From positions 506,752 through 570,751 of the forward strand of contig NW_003314283.1 in assembly GCF_000143415.4 (NCBI RefSeq): 64,000 nt of DNA, read 5' to 3'. Source of the stretch: Selaginella moellendorffii. Taxonomy: Eukaryota; Plantae; Lycopodiophyta. Numbering within the stretch: the stretch's first letter is position 1; the number at the start of each line of letters is the position of its first letter. Both the position numbers and the translations under genes were made by a program. The notes beneath the pieces were generated by a model, which did not search any database, was not told the origin of the DNA, and saw only the letters and a list, made by a program, of their open reading frames with translations. Shown here piece by piece: positions 15,381 through 28,914 of this stretch.

Positions 15381-15396
15381 TGGTGGAGTTGAGGGG
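15381..15396 (+). promoter_or_regulatory. Primer binding site, tRNA-Ala-like
   Basis: TGGTGGAGTTGAGGGG, about 14/16 match to TGGTGGAGATGCGGGG, the complement of the plant tRNA-Ala 3' end as I recall it. Confidence 0.6.
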
Positions 15397-15613
15397 CACC
15401 TTTGATTATCCCTGGGGAGTGTTTGGATTTGGGATTTTGGTTTAGATCTAGCTTTTGCATCGTTTAGATCTAGCTTTTTCCATTTCCTTTCTTTTGTTCT
15501 TTCCTTTCAGGATTTTGGTTTTGATCTAACTTTTTGCATTGTCTAGATCTACCATTTCTTTCCAGCTTTTTTGTCATTTCTCTTCTTTTGCTCTTTCTTT
15601 TTCGTTCATCTTC

Positions 15614-16546
15614 ATGGCCGATCCGCAATCTCCTCCTTTGACTCTAGAGCAGCAGTTGGTTCAATTGCTTGATGCTATGCGCTTGCAATTGAACAACCAA
15701 ACTCAGTTGATGGCGGCGTTCATGGCACGTGGTATAACTCCTCCTGCTCTTGATGCCAATCCTCGCGTTCGACTGGAGTTCTTTCGCGGGAATCCTGGGG
15801 ATGATGTGTACCATTGGTTCGATCACTTTACGGTGATTGCCACATATCATTCTTGGGATGATGCTCGACGGTTGCGTGAGTTTCCCACGTGTCTCCAAGG
15901 GACAGCGTTGCAGTGGTACAATGGTTTGAGTGCAGCTACTCGTGGGGATTGGAGTGTTCTCCCGGACGTCTTCAAACGCGCCTTCGGACATGCCGATGAT
16001 TGTGATGATGCTTTCCAACAATTGCATCGTCTTCGCCAAGGGCCATCGGAGTCGGTGATGCAATTTGGCGTTCGTTTCCGAAGTCTTTTGCTTCGTGCGG
16101 AGCCAAATATGTCGGAGCGGATCAAGCTAGGAATGTTGTGGCCAGCACTTCGTCAAGATCTTGTCGGACTTGTGCATGCACTTGCTCCTGCCACCCTTGA
16201 CGATGCTCTTCGCTTGGCACAACGTTATGAGACGTCGCCTCTTCCACTTCTCGCTGCACGTCCTTCCACTCCACTTCCTATGGGTGATGGTCCTGTTCCA
16301 ATGGAGGTTGATGCTGCTGCTGCTCGAGTCCAAGGACAAGCGCAAGGACGTGGTCGTGGCCGTGATGTTCGCTGCTGGGCGTGTGATGAAGTTGGTCATA
16401 CTTATCAGCGTTGCCGTCGTTTTCCGGATTGGCGACCTCCATTTCCTGGGTGGAGACCTTGGCGTCAGCAACGTCCCCTGGGTGCTGCTACAGTGGAAGG
16501 TCTGGACACCGAGATGCATCCGGGAAACGAGGAGTCGCGCGAGTAA
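15614..16546 (+). CDS. gag: Gag of gypsy copy 1
   Basis: Retrotrans_gag-like LQGTALQWY, LRQGPSESV, PVPMEVD and zinc knuckle CWACDEVGHTYQRC. Confidence 0.9.
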   Translation: MADPQSPPLTLEQQLVQLLDAMRLQLNNQTQLMAAFMARGITPPALDANPRVRLEFFRGNPGDDVYHWFDHFTVIATYHSWDDARRLREFPTCLQGTALQWYNGLSAATRGDWSVLPDVFKRAFGHADDCDDAFQQLHRLRQGPSESVMQFGVRFRSLLLRAEPNMSERIKLGMLWPALRQDLVGLVHALAPATLDDALRLAQRYETSPLPLLAARPSTPLPMGDGPVPMEVDAAAARVQGQAQGRGRGRDVRCWACDEVGHTYQRCRRFPDWRPPFPGWRPWRQQRPLGAATVEGLDTEMHPGNEESRE

Positions 16547-16583
16547 CGGAGGGACCTTGCGCGAATAAATCAGTGACCCCTCC
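16522..16583 (+). promoter_or_regulatory. -1 programmed ribosomal frameshift signal (slippery heptamer plus putative H-type pseudoknot)
   Basis: G GGA AAC in gag phase at 16522-16528; 6-nt spacer; stem 16535-16543/16556-16564; loop GGAGGG pairs with CCCTCC 16578-16583. Confidence 0.85.
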
Positions 16584-19500
16584 ATCTTTCTTTCGGGAGT
16601 ATCATCAAGGGGTTCACTCGGCACCAGTTCATCCAGTGTTTACTTTCCAAGCTCGTTTTTATAACAAGAAGTCTCCTATTATTCTCTCCGTGTTGGTTGA
16701 TACAGGTTCGAGTTTATCTTCTATTGCTCGACCTGTTGCCACACGTTGTCGTCTACACTTGCGTCGTGCGGCAGAACCAGTTTTCATTCTTTATGGCAAC
16801 GGCCGTACACATGCATGTGCACAGGATGAGGTAGACCTGGTTGTGCGTGTAGGCGATCTCAAGCTTGAGTTGCAGTCGTTGCGGGTGGTGCCGAGTCAAG
16901 CTTTTGACCTCATTCTTGGTATGGATTGGTTGCAGCGCAATCATGCCAAGTGTGACTTTGAGGCTTCTCCCCCTTGTCTCATACTTCCTTATGTTTCATC
17001 CATTCCTCTCACTTCCATACCTCTTCGTCCCTCTACTTCTACCTCTGCTTCCATTACTTTTGTTTCCCCACTCCTTCCTTCTGTGTTTCCATCTTGTTCT
17101 GCTTTTCCCTTTTCCGATCCCTCCGACGATCTTTGTGTTGTAGCAGTTGACCGGCTCATGAAGGAGTATTCTGATCTCTTTGAATTTGACCTATCGTCTG
17201 GGGCCAAGATTGCCATACGTCATCCAATTCCAACCGGGGATGCTCGTCCAATCAAGGTTCCTGTTCATCGTTGGTCACCTAAGGAGATCAAAATTTTACG
17301 AGCAAACGTCAAGGAAATGCTGGAAAAGGGTGTTATTCAGAAGTCGTGGAGTCCTTGGGCATGTGAACCTCATCTTGTGACCAAGCCTGATGGGAGTATT
17401 TGTTTCTGCATCGACTATCATCCGTTAAACAAAGTGACGATTCCAGATGTGTATCCTCTTCCTCACACTGCTGATCTCTTGGATCGTCTGGGGCGAAGTC
17501 GTTGGTTCACCAAGCTAGATCTTGCTTCTGGGTATTGGCAAGTACCGATGGCCGAAGAAGATATTCCTAAGACTGCTTTTCGTACACCATTTGGTTTGTA
17601 CGAGTTCTTGGTGATGCCGTTTGGTTTAAACAATGCTCCAGCAACTTTCCAGCGGATGATGGACGAGGTTCTTTGCGATATGCCGGAAGTGACTGCTGAC
17701 TTCATTGATGATGTCTTGATCCACTCGGAGGGGACGTGGGAGGAGCACGTTTGTGATGTTTGTAAAGTGTTGGATCGGCTACGCGACGTTGGTTTAAAGC
17801 TGAAGCGGTCGAAGTGCGTGTTTGGGTCCAAGGACACAACTTATCTTGGGTACCGTATTTCTCGTGAGGGTTTGCAAGTTGATCCTGACAAACTTGTGGC
17901 TGTTCTAAAGTTCCCTACTCCGAAGTGTGTGAATGACGTGCAGCGTTTTTTGGGTAAGGTGCAGTATCTTGGTCGTTTTGTGGATCATCTTTCCGATCGC
18001 ACTACACCATTGCGAGCGTTGCTGAAGTCATCAACGTCATCTTTCATTTGGTCTCTAGATTGTGAGCGGGCGTTCGTGGATCTCAAGGAGCTATTGACAA
18101 CTCCTCCGGTTTTGGCATATCCTGACTACACTCGACCTTTTATTTTGCGCGTGGATGCTTCTGACATTGGTCTTGGAGATGTGTTGATGCAAGAGAGCTC
18201 GAATGTGCCTGGTCAGTGCCATCCCATTGCATACATAAGCCGTACATTACAACCAGCGGAGATGAACTACTCCACGACGGAGAAGGAGTGTTTAGCAGCA
18301 GTCTGGGGTTTCGAGAAACTTCATGCATATCTACATGGTTCTCGAACGTTACTTGAAGGTGACCATGATGCTGTTACTTCATTATTGAAGCGGAAGAACC
18401 TGGTTGGTCGTACGGCTCGATGGGCTTTGAAGTTTCAGATATATGATTTCGATGTTGTTCATCGCCCAGGGAGTTCTATGGCTGATGCTGATGCCCTTTC
18501 TCGAGCTCCTCTTCCTTCTCCACTCACTTCTCATCATTCTGACGAACCTATTGTTCCAGCATCTGTGGATTTTCTAGATGAGGATTCTGTGCCGTCGGCG
18601 GTTGCTGTCCTTGACGTTCAGTGTCCACAGGGTGCAGAGCAAGATTTGCCTTCTCTTGAGGAGGTTCGCGAGGCTCAAAAGATTGAGCCGTGGATTCGAA
18701 GGCTTCGAGATGGGTTTGAGAATCCTACATCACTTGCTGATGACTTGCCTTTCCGGCATTTACATTCTCAATATCGCCTTGAAGATGGCCTTCTTTATTT
18801 TGTGGGGACGGATCCTGATGATCATTTACGACTGGTGGTACCTTCGGTGTTTATTCCGCGGTTTCTCCATGCCTACCATGATTCTCCTGTTCTAGGTGGG
18901 CATATGGGACACCGTCGTGTCACCGAGAAGCTGCGCAGGTCTTTCTATTGGCCGGAGATGCGACGTGATATTATCCGGTATGTGCGTAGCTGCGTTTGGT
19001 GCCAAGCTCGTAATACTCCCCCTTGTGCTGCGGAAGGACGGTTGGAGTCAATTGCAGTTTCCCGTCCATTTGAGTTGGTGGCGTTTGATCTTATGGGACC
19101 TTTTCCACGATCGACTGCTGGCAATGAGTATGTTATTATTGCTTCTGACTACTTGACTCGTTGGGTGGAAGTTGGTGCTCTTGCTAGCGCCTCTGCAACT
19201 GCTGTTGGATACTTCCTCCTCAATCGAGTGGTGTTCTAGCATTCTTGTCCAGAGCGGATTCTTTCGGATAATGGTCCTGCATTTATGGCTGAGGTATTTC
19301 ATGTTTTGATATCTCGGTTGGGGATACGCCACACTTTTACGAGTGCTTATCATCCACAATCAGACGGTCTGGTGGAACGGCTCGTTCGGACATTCAAAGG
19401 GATGATTTCGAAGTATGTGAACTTTCAGCATTCGGATTGGGATGGTCATTTACCGTCTCTTCGGTATGCCTATGTCACAGGGGTGCAGAGTTCTGTTGGT

Positions 19501-20010
19501 GCTTCACCATATAAACTTCTATATGGTCATGATCCAATATTACCAACAGAGTTGGGTTTACCTTCGAGATTGCCACGAGCTCCTGATGCTAGGTCATGGG
19601 ATCAGTATTTGACAAGCATTCTTCCACTTGTCTGAGCAGAGTCTGCCGAACACTTAGGCCGCGTACAAGTGGGACAACAACGGCGCTACAACTCCCATCA
19701 TCGTCCACCTGCGGAGTACAAAGTGAATGATTTGGTGTTAGTTCGTTTTCCCCATCTTACGGTACGTGGTTTATCTAAGGGGCTCCTTGCGCAGTGGAAA
19801 GGACCGTATCGGGTGTTGCGGCAAGTTGGACCGCAAGTTTATGAGGTTCGGCATGACGTTCAGCAAACCGATCCTCCGGAGATTGTGCATGTGCAGCGGT
19901 TAAAACGCTTCATACAAAGAGATCAGGAGCAGTTAATACCGTCTACAGATCCGCCGATGCCTCCTCCTGACGTTCCTCCAGATCCCGGCCCATCTACAAG
20001 AGAACCCTGA
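16528..20010 (+). pseudogene. pol: Pol (PR-RT-RNaseH-INT) of gypsy copy 1, in the -1 frame, with two in-frame stops in integrase
   Basis: LVDTGS protease, LDLASGYWQ, MPFGLNNAPATFQ, FIDD, DASD RNase H, HHCC, SAYHPQSDG, WKGPY; stops at 19237-19239 (TAG) and 19633-19635 (TGA). Confidence 0.92.
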
Positions 20011-20042
20011 CAGCCTTCCATTATTCCGAGAGGAGGGGATGA

Positions 20043-20217
20043 TGTGAGGGCCAAGTGTACGGTTACGATGCCGTATACTAATATTAGCGTAGTGGGATTT
20101 TGGTAGCCGTCGGATTGGTTTTAATCTGGACCACTCGCTCCTGTATATAAGCTAGGGTTTTTAGGCTAATTGATATGCACATTTCTGTATTCCCTTTCCA
20201 TATTCCATGCACTCACA
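20043..20217 (+). repeat. 3' LTR of gypsy copy 1
   Basis: TGTGAG...CTCACA, matches the 5' LTR. Confidence 0.95.
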
Positions 20218-23200
20218 CCCGCATCACAATTTCACAACCTAAAACATTTGGTAGTGCATTTTTTAGGATGAGACGTGTGCCATTGCATAATCTTGTTAAT
20301 GGAGACATATTTCTTAGGAGGATAAGAATAACACTTTGTTTGAAAGAGAGTTTATGTGGTGGGAGACCAAAAGGTGTGATAGAATTTAGGAATTCTGTTG
20401 GAAAATTTTCAGAATGTTCAATGTTAACAAAATCAATGCTTTTGTAGATATATGTATCACCTTGTAATCTAAAGACAATAGTGTTGTTGATTGCAAATGT
20501 ATCATCGTTAAGTGGGGTAAATATGACTCGATTGGCTGCAATATAAAGGTTTAAAATATCAAGTACTGAAGGGTAGACAAAATCAATAATAGATGAATAA
20601 ATTAATTGTGTATGAGGTAATAAAATGGAGTTAAAAGGTAAAGATGGTAAATTTTCAAAATTTTCACCATTTCCAATTTTAAGAAGCCATTCAGACCATG
20701 ATTTATCACTTTCAATAAGCCACATATTTGTTTTCAAAGATAACTTTTTAAATAACCTTCATAATTTATTTATTTTTACAAAACTTGAAATAATTTGTGC
20801 TCTATGTCCATGTGGAATGACTAGAAGTGTCTATTTAAAGTCCCCATTAGTGACAACAATTATGCCACTAAAAGGTAATGATGTGTTTTTTAGGTCTCAC
20901 AACACTCGATCAACAATAATGAATGCATGAGTGTGAACTATACTTATTTCATCCCATAACAATATGTTAGTAGTTTTGATTCTTATACCTACTTCATTAT
21001 CAGTAATTATAGCACAAGTTGATGTTTCATTTATTAGAACAGGAAGTTTAAAATTAGTATGTGAAGTTCGGCCATTATAGAGTAAAGTACTTGCAATTCC
21101 TGTCCAAGCCATGCTAACAATATTTATTTTTTTCAATTGTAAAATATTTATAAAAGTGTTAAGAAGAAATGTTTTACCAGTACCACTAGGGCCATCAATG
21201 AAAATATATCAATTATGCTCAGTTGGGTGATCAATAACATTAAGAATATCATTAAAAATATTTAACTGTTCTTGATTAAATCGAGGAATATTTTGTTCAA
21301 CATTTTGATATATTTATGTTGAGTTACAATATTTTCATCATCAAAATTTTTAGACGACAAAGGTAGATGGTAGTTTTGATTAGTTTTTCCATGCATTTTC
21401 ATTTTAATATTTATATTAAAACATGTTCATAATGAAAAATTGGATTTGTTTGCTTGAAATCCTCAGAGAGGAAGTCTTTAAATTTATCCCATAAGAAGTA
21501 AGGATATTTTGGAGTGCAAAAGATACAAAGTAATACAAATAATTGTCTTAATTGTGATGGCATTCTAAAAAAGCAAGCATCTTCTAAATATTTTTTCTAT
21601 TCGGTATCATTAACTATAAACCCTGTTGCCTCTACAACTTGTTGAAACGTGTTATAATAAATATTATTAATTGTCTTGAGATCTTTGAAAGATGTAGCAT
21701 CTTTTTTATAGAGTAAAATAAAACGTAAATGATATAGTTCAACATTAGATAGCAACACAAAATACATTCGGGGAATGACATTTCTTGTATATCGAATTTG
21801 TCAGTTATGAGTATGAGGGTTAAATGTATAATATAAAGGGATTTTAGGATATGTATATTATTTAGCATTTGGGTCATTTATATTTAATTCAAACCATTTT
21901 GTCGACATTATACCATTTTGAGTAGCTTTTTGAAGTGCCATTTGTTCATAACCTTCTATAAAATGGATTTTGAAAATTTGGAAGATGGATAGAAAGACGA
22001 ATTATAAAGGTCGCCATGCATTTTAAATTTAAAAAGTCTCCATATTGCCTCTGGAGCAGATACATAACGTGTATTTAAAAAAGTTGAGATTTCATCCCAA
22101 TTTAAAATATTATTAGGTTGTTGGGTTGCTGATTGGATTTCAATTGTAGCACAATCATAACCTTTATAGATATATTGAAATAAATACTTAATATTTTTTT
22201 TTAGTAGCACAAATTTCAATAATAATATAAGCATTATATTTTTTACAAAGCTATTTATTATAAGGCACTACCCAACGATTATCAATATAACACCCATTTT
22301 TTAGAAATGTATGGCCATTATCAGGTCTATAATAATCTGGATATGCATTAACAGTAAAAGTAGTTTCATAATTAAATTTTTTTGGATAACCTTTTGAGCA
22401 AGTGCCATTTTCCATGCAAAGACTATGAGGGTAAAGAGGCCCACATGGACCATGTATCATATGAGATGTAATTATTTTAGAAATTTCAAGTTCATTTTGA
22501 GGATCAAGCAATTGTGCCATTATATATTGGTCAATAGCATTACGGTCTTTAATTTTGTTTTCATGAGATAAAATCCCTAGAAAGTGACAATATGGAAGGC
22601 CTCTCTTTTGAAATTCAATTACATATATATAAGCAATACAATTTCCAAAAATATATTTTTTAGTAATATCATTCAAAAGTTCTTTAAGCTTGATATGAAA
22701 TACTCTAGAAACCAAGTCTGGACGATCCTTGGGGCCTTCATTTGGATGTAAATTTTTAAAAATTTCTGGCCATTTTGGATTCCATGTAAAAGTAATGAAA
22801 AGATCTATCTTTGAAAAATGAGTAACTATAACCATTGCATCTTGATAATTTTGTTGCATTGCTCTAGGGCCACTTCCAAAACTTGAAGGTAAAATAACAA
22901 TCTTACCTGGATTTATATTTTCATTAGTAGCACGGTTTGCAACATAATCTATAAGACCAATATACATTTCAACTCACAGTTGTTTCTAATGAGTGCGATA
23001 GTAATTCAAATTATTGCTTTCAACTTTTACATAAGCATTGACTATATATTGTTGTGTGAGTTTTTTTGCATGTAAAATTTGATCAAAACTAAAGTGTATT
23101 GTGTCTCTTATAGATAAACGGTATGCATAATATTGGAGTAATGTAATTTGACGTCCGGAATTAAAAATATTTTTGTGCCAGCCTTTGTCACCAAAAGGAA

Positions 23201-24257
23201 ATATTAATGGGTAAACCATTGGATCACAATTATAATCAAGTGTTGAGATACATTTAGAATTGTTTACAGTTGGATATATACAAATTTCACGACTATGTGG
23301 GCGGTTCTCCATCATCACTAATAAACACAACAGCAACATCATTTGTCTAGGGAGCATTATAGCGTCGTGGATTAGTTCCTTCAGTTTTTAATAACATGTA
23401 AACACCACGTATAGGATAACCTGAAAGTGTAGTAGAACAAATTTCTTCTTGTTCCATTTCATACATCATTTTGAAAGCTTGAACATATGGGTTAACATGA
23501 CGAAAGAGAGCATCAAGATGTTTAAGTGTGTTTGTCTCACAACTTGAATTAAAAGGGTTTTCCTTTCTTATATCTGTAGCTTCTAGAGTGTCAAGCATAT
23601 AAAGTTGTCCATAAGTTCGATATTGACCTTCAGAAGGATGTGCTGATACAATATTATGATATATTTGACCATGGATTTTAAAGCAATAAGGACCATGACC
23701 TTTTACAATATCAATATTAGAAGACATAGATGCAAAAGCAAGAGCACTATTGTAGTGTCTAATATTTGTTTTAAAATTAGAGTTCTTATTTTGCATGTAA
23801 AGTGAAAGTAAATCAAATGGTAAAGGTGAAATTGGAGGTAAAATAACTTGGTTATTCTGGCAACACATTGAAGATTTTTCATCTTTAAAATGCAATGCAT
23901 TACAAAAAGTACAAAGAAATGATAAACTACCAATATTAAATTTTATTATGTTAAAGTCATTATAAATGCTATGGCTTGCTAGTGTGGTATTCATAGGTGG
24001 GAGTGGTGGATTTAATATTGCTTGATATATATAATCATCATAATGACATGCATGTAAGGTTCCAGATGCTTCTAACTGTCCAACTAATTGCTGTATATAA
24101 TCATTATCATGATTATTTTGAACAGCTATAGTATGTGTATCATGGTCAATCATAGTTTCAGAGGCATCTAAATCTCCATTAGATTGTTTACTATGTCGTA
24201 TGGTTCTCAAAAGATGGCAGAGGCAAGGCATTTTCAGTCACTTTGATTATAGGTTTG

Positions 24258-24258
<1 letters not shown>

Positions 24259-24331
<73 letters not shown>
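24259..24331. repeat. (AT)n microsatellite near the Helitron 5' end
   Basis: About 36 AT units. Confidence 0.95.
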
Positions 24332-24334
<3 letters not shown>

Positions 24335-26423
24335 GAGTTTGTATAGAAGTTTATGCAGAATAGAAATGCAGACTACAGTTGGATATATATAAATTTCACA
24401 ACTATGTATGATCTAAAAGGAAAATATTAGACTTTTGTGAAGCACACTCAAGAACAATGAAATAACTCCAATGTTGTGTTTACCAATCTCTGCCTCATAA
24501 TCCACAGCTTTGCAATTTTGAGCTGCAAATCCAAGTGCTGCTCCTATGCCAGCATCAGGTTACTTGGCACAGCATCCCAGCACAGCATCGTTGAAACCGG
24601 CCCTCAAACTCTTGGAAACTGGAACTAAATTTTAGATTTGACGGAAGCAGTATCGGACAGAAAAAAATTCTCATTATAGAATACAAAGATATTCAAACTC
24701 GATCTCGATTTACCTTGATCTAAAAACGAAGCTAAACCAGGTGATGCTTGCGGTGGTGCCTTCTGCTTCTTCTCTTTCAAGAGAATCTAGACATCAATGC
24801 TGTGCGGATTTCCAAAACTTCAAGAGTAGTGTTTGCTGGTGCAGCCACTCGATAGCCCTACATCAACTCGAAACACTTGGTTCCTACAAACAGAGTTGAT
24901 CCCGAGCTGAAACAACAATCCCATCACCAAGGGATTCCTCGAGAGAATCCGGGGATGAAGAGGGAGTGTCCTTGATAATTGCTTTCTTGTAGGCCAAAGA
25001 GCTCGTGAGGCAGTGGCAAATAGGGATCAAAGCTTTGCTGAGTTGGAGATGAGCCAATTTGCCTCCCACAGTCCTGAGTTGATCCCAAGAGGAGCCTGGA
25101 TTGTGTGCCCAACTACCATTTTGCTCGTCCCTGTTACTTACCACACACAAGCTCTCACGGGAATGCCCACACAACCGTGTCTGAGCAGAGCAGTCATGGA
25201 GCCCTAGGAGTGCATGGCATAACACCTATCACCACGCCCCCTTCCCTTCCCAGCCATACATGCATCCCACCCATTGGCCGCTATAACATTGAGCCAATAT
25301 TCCCACTAACCATGGCCACCAGCCTTGGCTTGAGCTTGGGCTGGCCTCCCCTTGCCGAGAACCATGGCTTCCGAGGTTGCCCTAGGCCTGGGATCGGACG
25401 ACTGTGGGGGTGTGGGCTCTTCGTTCTTATTATTATAGATATTAGGGATTTTATTGCAAAAGTTTAGGACCACTTACAGAAAATGTACATCTCAAGTAAC
25501 TTAAAAACCCTAATTTATATACAAGAGCGAGTGGTTTAAATTAAAATAATCTAATGGCTACTAAAGTCCCATTATACTAATATTAGTATACAACATCATA
25601 ACTGTACATTTGGACTTCATCCTTTCGGAATAATGGAAGACCATTAGGGTTTTCTTATAAATGGGTCAGGATTTGGAGGAACATCAGGAAGAGGCATCGG
25701 TGAATTTGTAGATGGCATCAATTGTTCTTGATCCCTTTATACGAAGCATTTCAACTGTTATACATGCATAATTTCTGGAGGATTAACCTGCTGAATGTCA
25801 TGCTGAACCTCATAAACTTGCAGTCCAACTTGCTGCAACACTCGATACAATCCTTTCCACTAAGCAAGGAGCCATTTAGATAAACCACATATTGTAAGAT
25901 GTGGAAAATAGACTAATACCAAATCATCCACTTTGTACTCTGCAAATGGATAATAATGGAAGTTGTAGCACTATTGTTGTCCCACTTGTACATCCCTTAG
26001 TGTTCAGTAGACTCTACTCAGACAAGTGGAAGAATGTTCATTAAATATTGATCCCATGACCTAACATCAGTAGCTCATGGCAATCGTGAAGGTAAACCCA
26101 ACTCCGTTAGTAATATTAGATCATGATCATATAGGAGTTTATATGGTGAATCACCAACAGAATTCTACACCCTTATGATATATGCATACCAAAAAGACTG
26201 CAAATAACTATCCCAATCCGAATGCTGAAAGTTCACATACTTTGCAATCATCCCCTTGATTGTCCAAACAAGCCATTCCACTAAACCGTTTGACTATGGA
26301 TGATAAACACTCATGAAAGTGTGGTGTATCCCCAACCGAGACGTCAAAACATGAAATGCCTCAGCTATAAATGCGGGATCATTATTTGAAAGAATCCGCT
26401 TCAAACAAAAATGCTAGAACATC

Positions 26424-26846
26424 TGTAGCATATGTGATCATGGGATGAGATTTAAATATACTGTCACCATGGATCCTTGGAATCTTGGGGGATAAATGGG
26501 GATAAAATAGCCATTAAGGGCTCTCTTATTAAGCAATTGCCCCTTTTCCAGTTATCTTAAAGGGAGAGAGATAGAATGTGTTATATGTGGTATTAAAGCA
26601 AATGGCATGGGTTCAATTTTTATTGATTAGTGGCTACTTAAAAATATAATATACCCTTGAGCAAGGTATATTTCTACCCCTAAATTTGAAATAGTTGGTC
26701 TACACAATGGTAGATTAAGTGCGGAAATGAAGGTCCTGGTTCCCCTTGAGGGATAAATAGGGATAAAATAGCCATTAAGGGCTCTCTCATCAAGTAATTA
26801 CCTCTTTTCTAGTTAGCTTAAGGGGAGAGAGATAAAGTGCGCTACA
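26424..26846. mobile_element. Solo LTR or small insertion (423 bp) with an internal ~90-bp direct repeat
   Basis: TGTAGC...GCTACA ends; flanks ACATC/ACACC (5-bp TSD, one transition); host sequence resumes colinearly; repeats ~26488-26580 and ~26750-26841. Confidence 0.8.
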
Positions 26847-27785
26847 ACACCACTTGATTGAGGAGGAAGTATCCAACAGCAGTTGCAGAGGTGCTAGCAA
26901 AAGCACCAACTTCCACCTAGCAAGTCAAGTAATCAGAAGCAATAATAACATATTCATTGTCAGCAGCTAATTGTGGAAAAGATCAGATAAAATCAAAAGC
27001 AAGTAACTCAAATGGATGAAAAATTGCAATTGACTCCAACCATCTTTCCCTAGCATGACGGGGAGTATTATGAGCTTGGCACCAAACGCAGTTACACACA
27101 TACCAGATAACATCACGTCACATCTCTAGCCAATACAAAGACTTGTGCAGCTTCTTGGTCACACGACAATGTCCTATATGCCCACCTAGAATAGGAGAAT
27201 CATAGTAGACATAAAGAAACTATGGAATAAAGATTGAAGGTACCACTAGCTGTAAATGATTATTAGTATCCGTCTAAACAAAATAAAAAAAGATGTCTTT
27301 AAGGTGATATTGAAAATGTAAATGCCGGAATGGCAAGTCATTAACAAATGATGCAGTATTCTCAAACCCATCTCGAAGCCTTTGAATTTATGGCTCAATC
27401 TTTTGATCTTCATGAACTTCATCAAAAAAAGGAAAATTTTGCTTTGCACTTTATGGACATTGAATGTTAAGTTTAACGTTGATTATAATATATGGCTTAT
27501 TTATGCAATGGGATGGCATTGACTAGGAACACTCAGGCTCTCTTGCATCAACACACCTTCAAAACTAATATCAAAAGCATCTATGTGCAAAATAAAAAGT
27601 CAAGTGTAGTCAAGATACACCAAAACCGAAGGAGTCATCAATAACTCTTTGAGATTCATGAACGCCCATTCACAATCTATAAACCAGATGAAAGATGATG
27701 TTGATGACTTCAATAATGTTTGTAACGGTGTAGTGTGATCAGAAAAATAATCCACAAAATGACCAAGATACTACACCTTGCCCAA

Positions 27786-28914
27786 TGTAGCGCACGTGGT
27801 TTTGACCCTTTATCCTATGGTGATTTACCATAGGATAACACCACGAAACGGAACCTAAACCCTCTTTGTGCCACGTGACAGATGCCACATGTCACATGCC
27901 ACGTGTCCATGCCACGTGTCCACAGGAACCCGAGGTTCAGGGCCTTGGGCCACTGAACGAAGGAACGGTGCCAAACTCCCAAGCATGGAGCCGAGGAGTG
28001 ACAGAACCGAACCACGGAGCAACTCCCGAGCATAAAGCCCAAGGAGCGTAGGGACAGGAGCCCGGAGCGACTTGGAACAGTCCTGGAGCAACCAGCATCC
28101 CAATGCCAGGACCAGCACACAAAACGGAGCCAAACGGAGTCTGGCGCTATTTCGGCATACCGGTGGCCTAACGTGAGGATATGGGTACTCCACCAACTAG
28201 CATGGAATGGAGCTTGGGCTTAGACCCAAGCCGGACGCAGAACAAGGACAGGCACGCAAGCGGGAGCTAGACTATGCCTCAGGTTGGTCGGCCATGCCCG
28301 ACCTACCCACTATCCCTACTATACATTTGGAACCCCCCACAGCCCCCCCCCCTTGAGGAACACACGTTTTGGGCTTTCACCCCAAGCCTCCCTTAGTGTC
28401 AGGAGTTAGTCTTTGGGACAAGCTCGAAACTTAGATTGCGAATTTGGACATGGGACGAACACCATTGTGTTCAGGACGATCTCTACATTCCGTAGATATG
28501 CCAAATGAGCAAATCTGGACACTTTCCATAAATAGCATTTAGGACCGAAATGAGACTAACACAAAGGGCATGATAGCGAGGGTGTTTGGCAGACACGGTA
28601 AGCTATCATTTAGCAATATTGAGGGACCAAGCTCAATATCGCGGGGGTTCCCAACACTAGCAAGTGGAAGCCAACATCATGAGTTTCTCATCACCGTGTC
28701 AAGTATGCTTGACTTAATGACAACTTAGGATTTCCTTCCTTAGTGCCCTTCCGGTCTAAGTGCACATGTGATAACCAGTTTCTCAACTAGCTTAGGCGGA
28801 GACTGATAACGGGTCCAGCAATACCAACCTCCTGCCATCGTGGTAGTAAGGTAAAAGTGTCCGTAAGGACTGGTCGACAGGTAACTTTCGATACCCGAAG
28901 TCACATGCGCGACA
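27786..28914. mobile_element. Solo LTR (1129 bp)
   Basis: TGTAGCGCA...TGCGCGACA ends, perfect TSD CCCAA (27781-27785 and 28915-28919). Confidence 0.9.

Larger units (their letters stand above)
15166..20217 (+). mobile_element. Ty3/gypsy LTR retrotransposon, copy 1 (no chromodomain seen), near full length
   Basis: 175-bp LTRs 15205-15379 and 20043-20217 (TGTGAG...CTCACA), PBS after the 5' LTR, purine tract GAGAGGAGGGGA before the 3' LTR, gag then PR-RT-RH-INT order. Confidence 0.97.
14790..24336 (-). mobile_element. Decayed autonomous-type Helitron (RepHel), interrupted by a gypsy insertion at 15166-20217; ends approximate
   Basis: Minus-strand fragments in order: Zn finger CTFCNALHF...MCC; Rep motifs FITFTWNP, IEFQKRGLPYCH, YLFQYIYKG; Pif1 helicase AWTGIASTLL, LLWDEIS, LLRNMSPLTRLCNGTRL; beyond the gypsy FIPRITL...VFTHGQLYVALS...TINTVYKEVLY* (stop 14829-14831). 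Many stops and frameshifts. Confidence 0.9.

Noticed and set aside
24890-25440. Possible 3' end of a LINE (Cys/His knuckle-like translation, short TAT tail)
   Set aside because: Too degenerate; no RT motif or TSD could be identified
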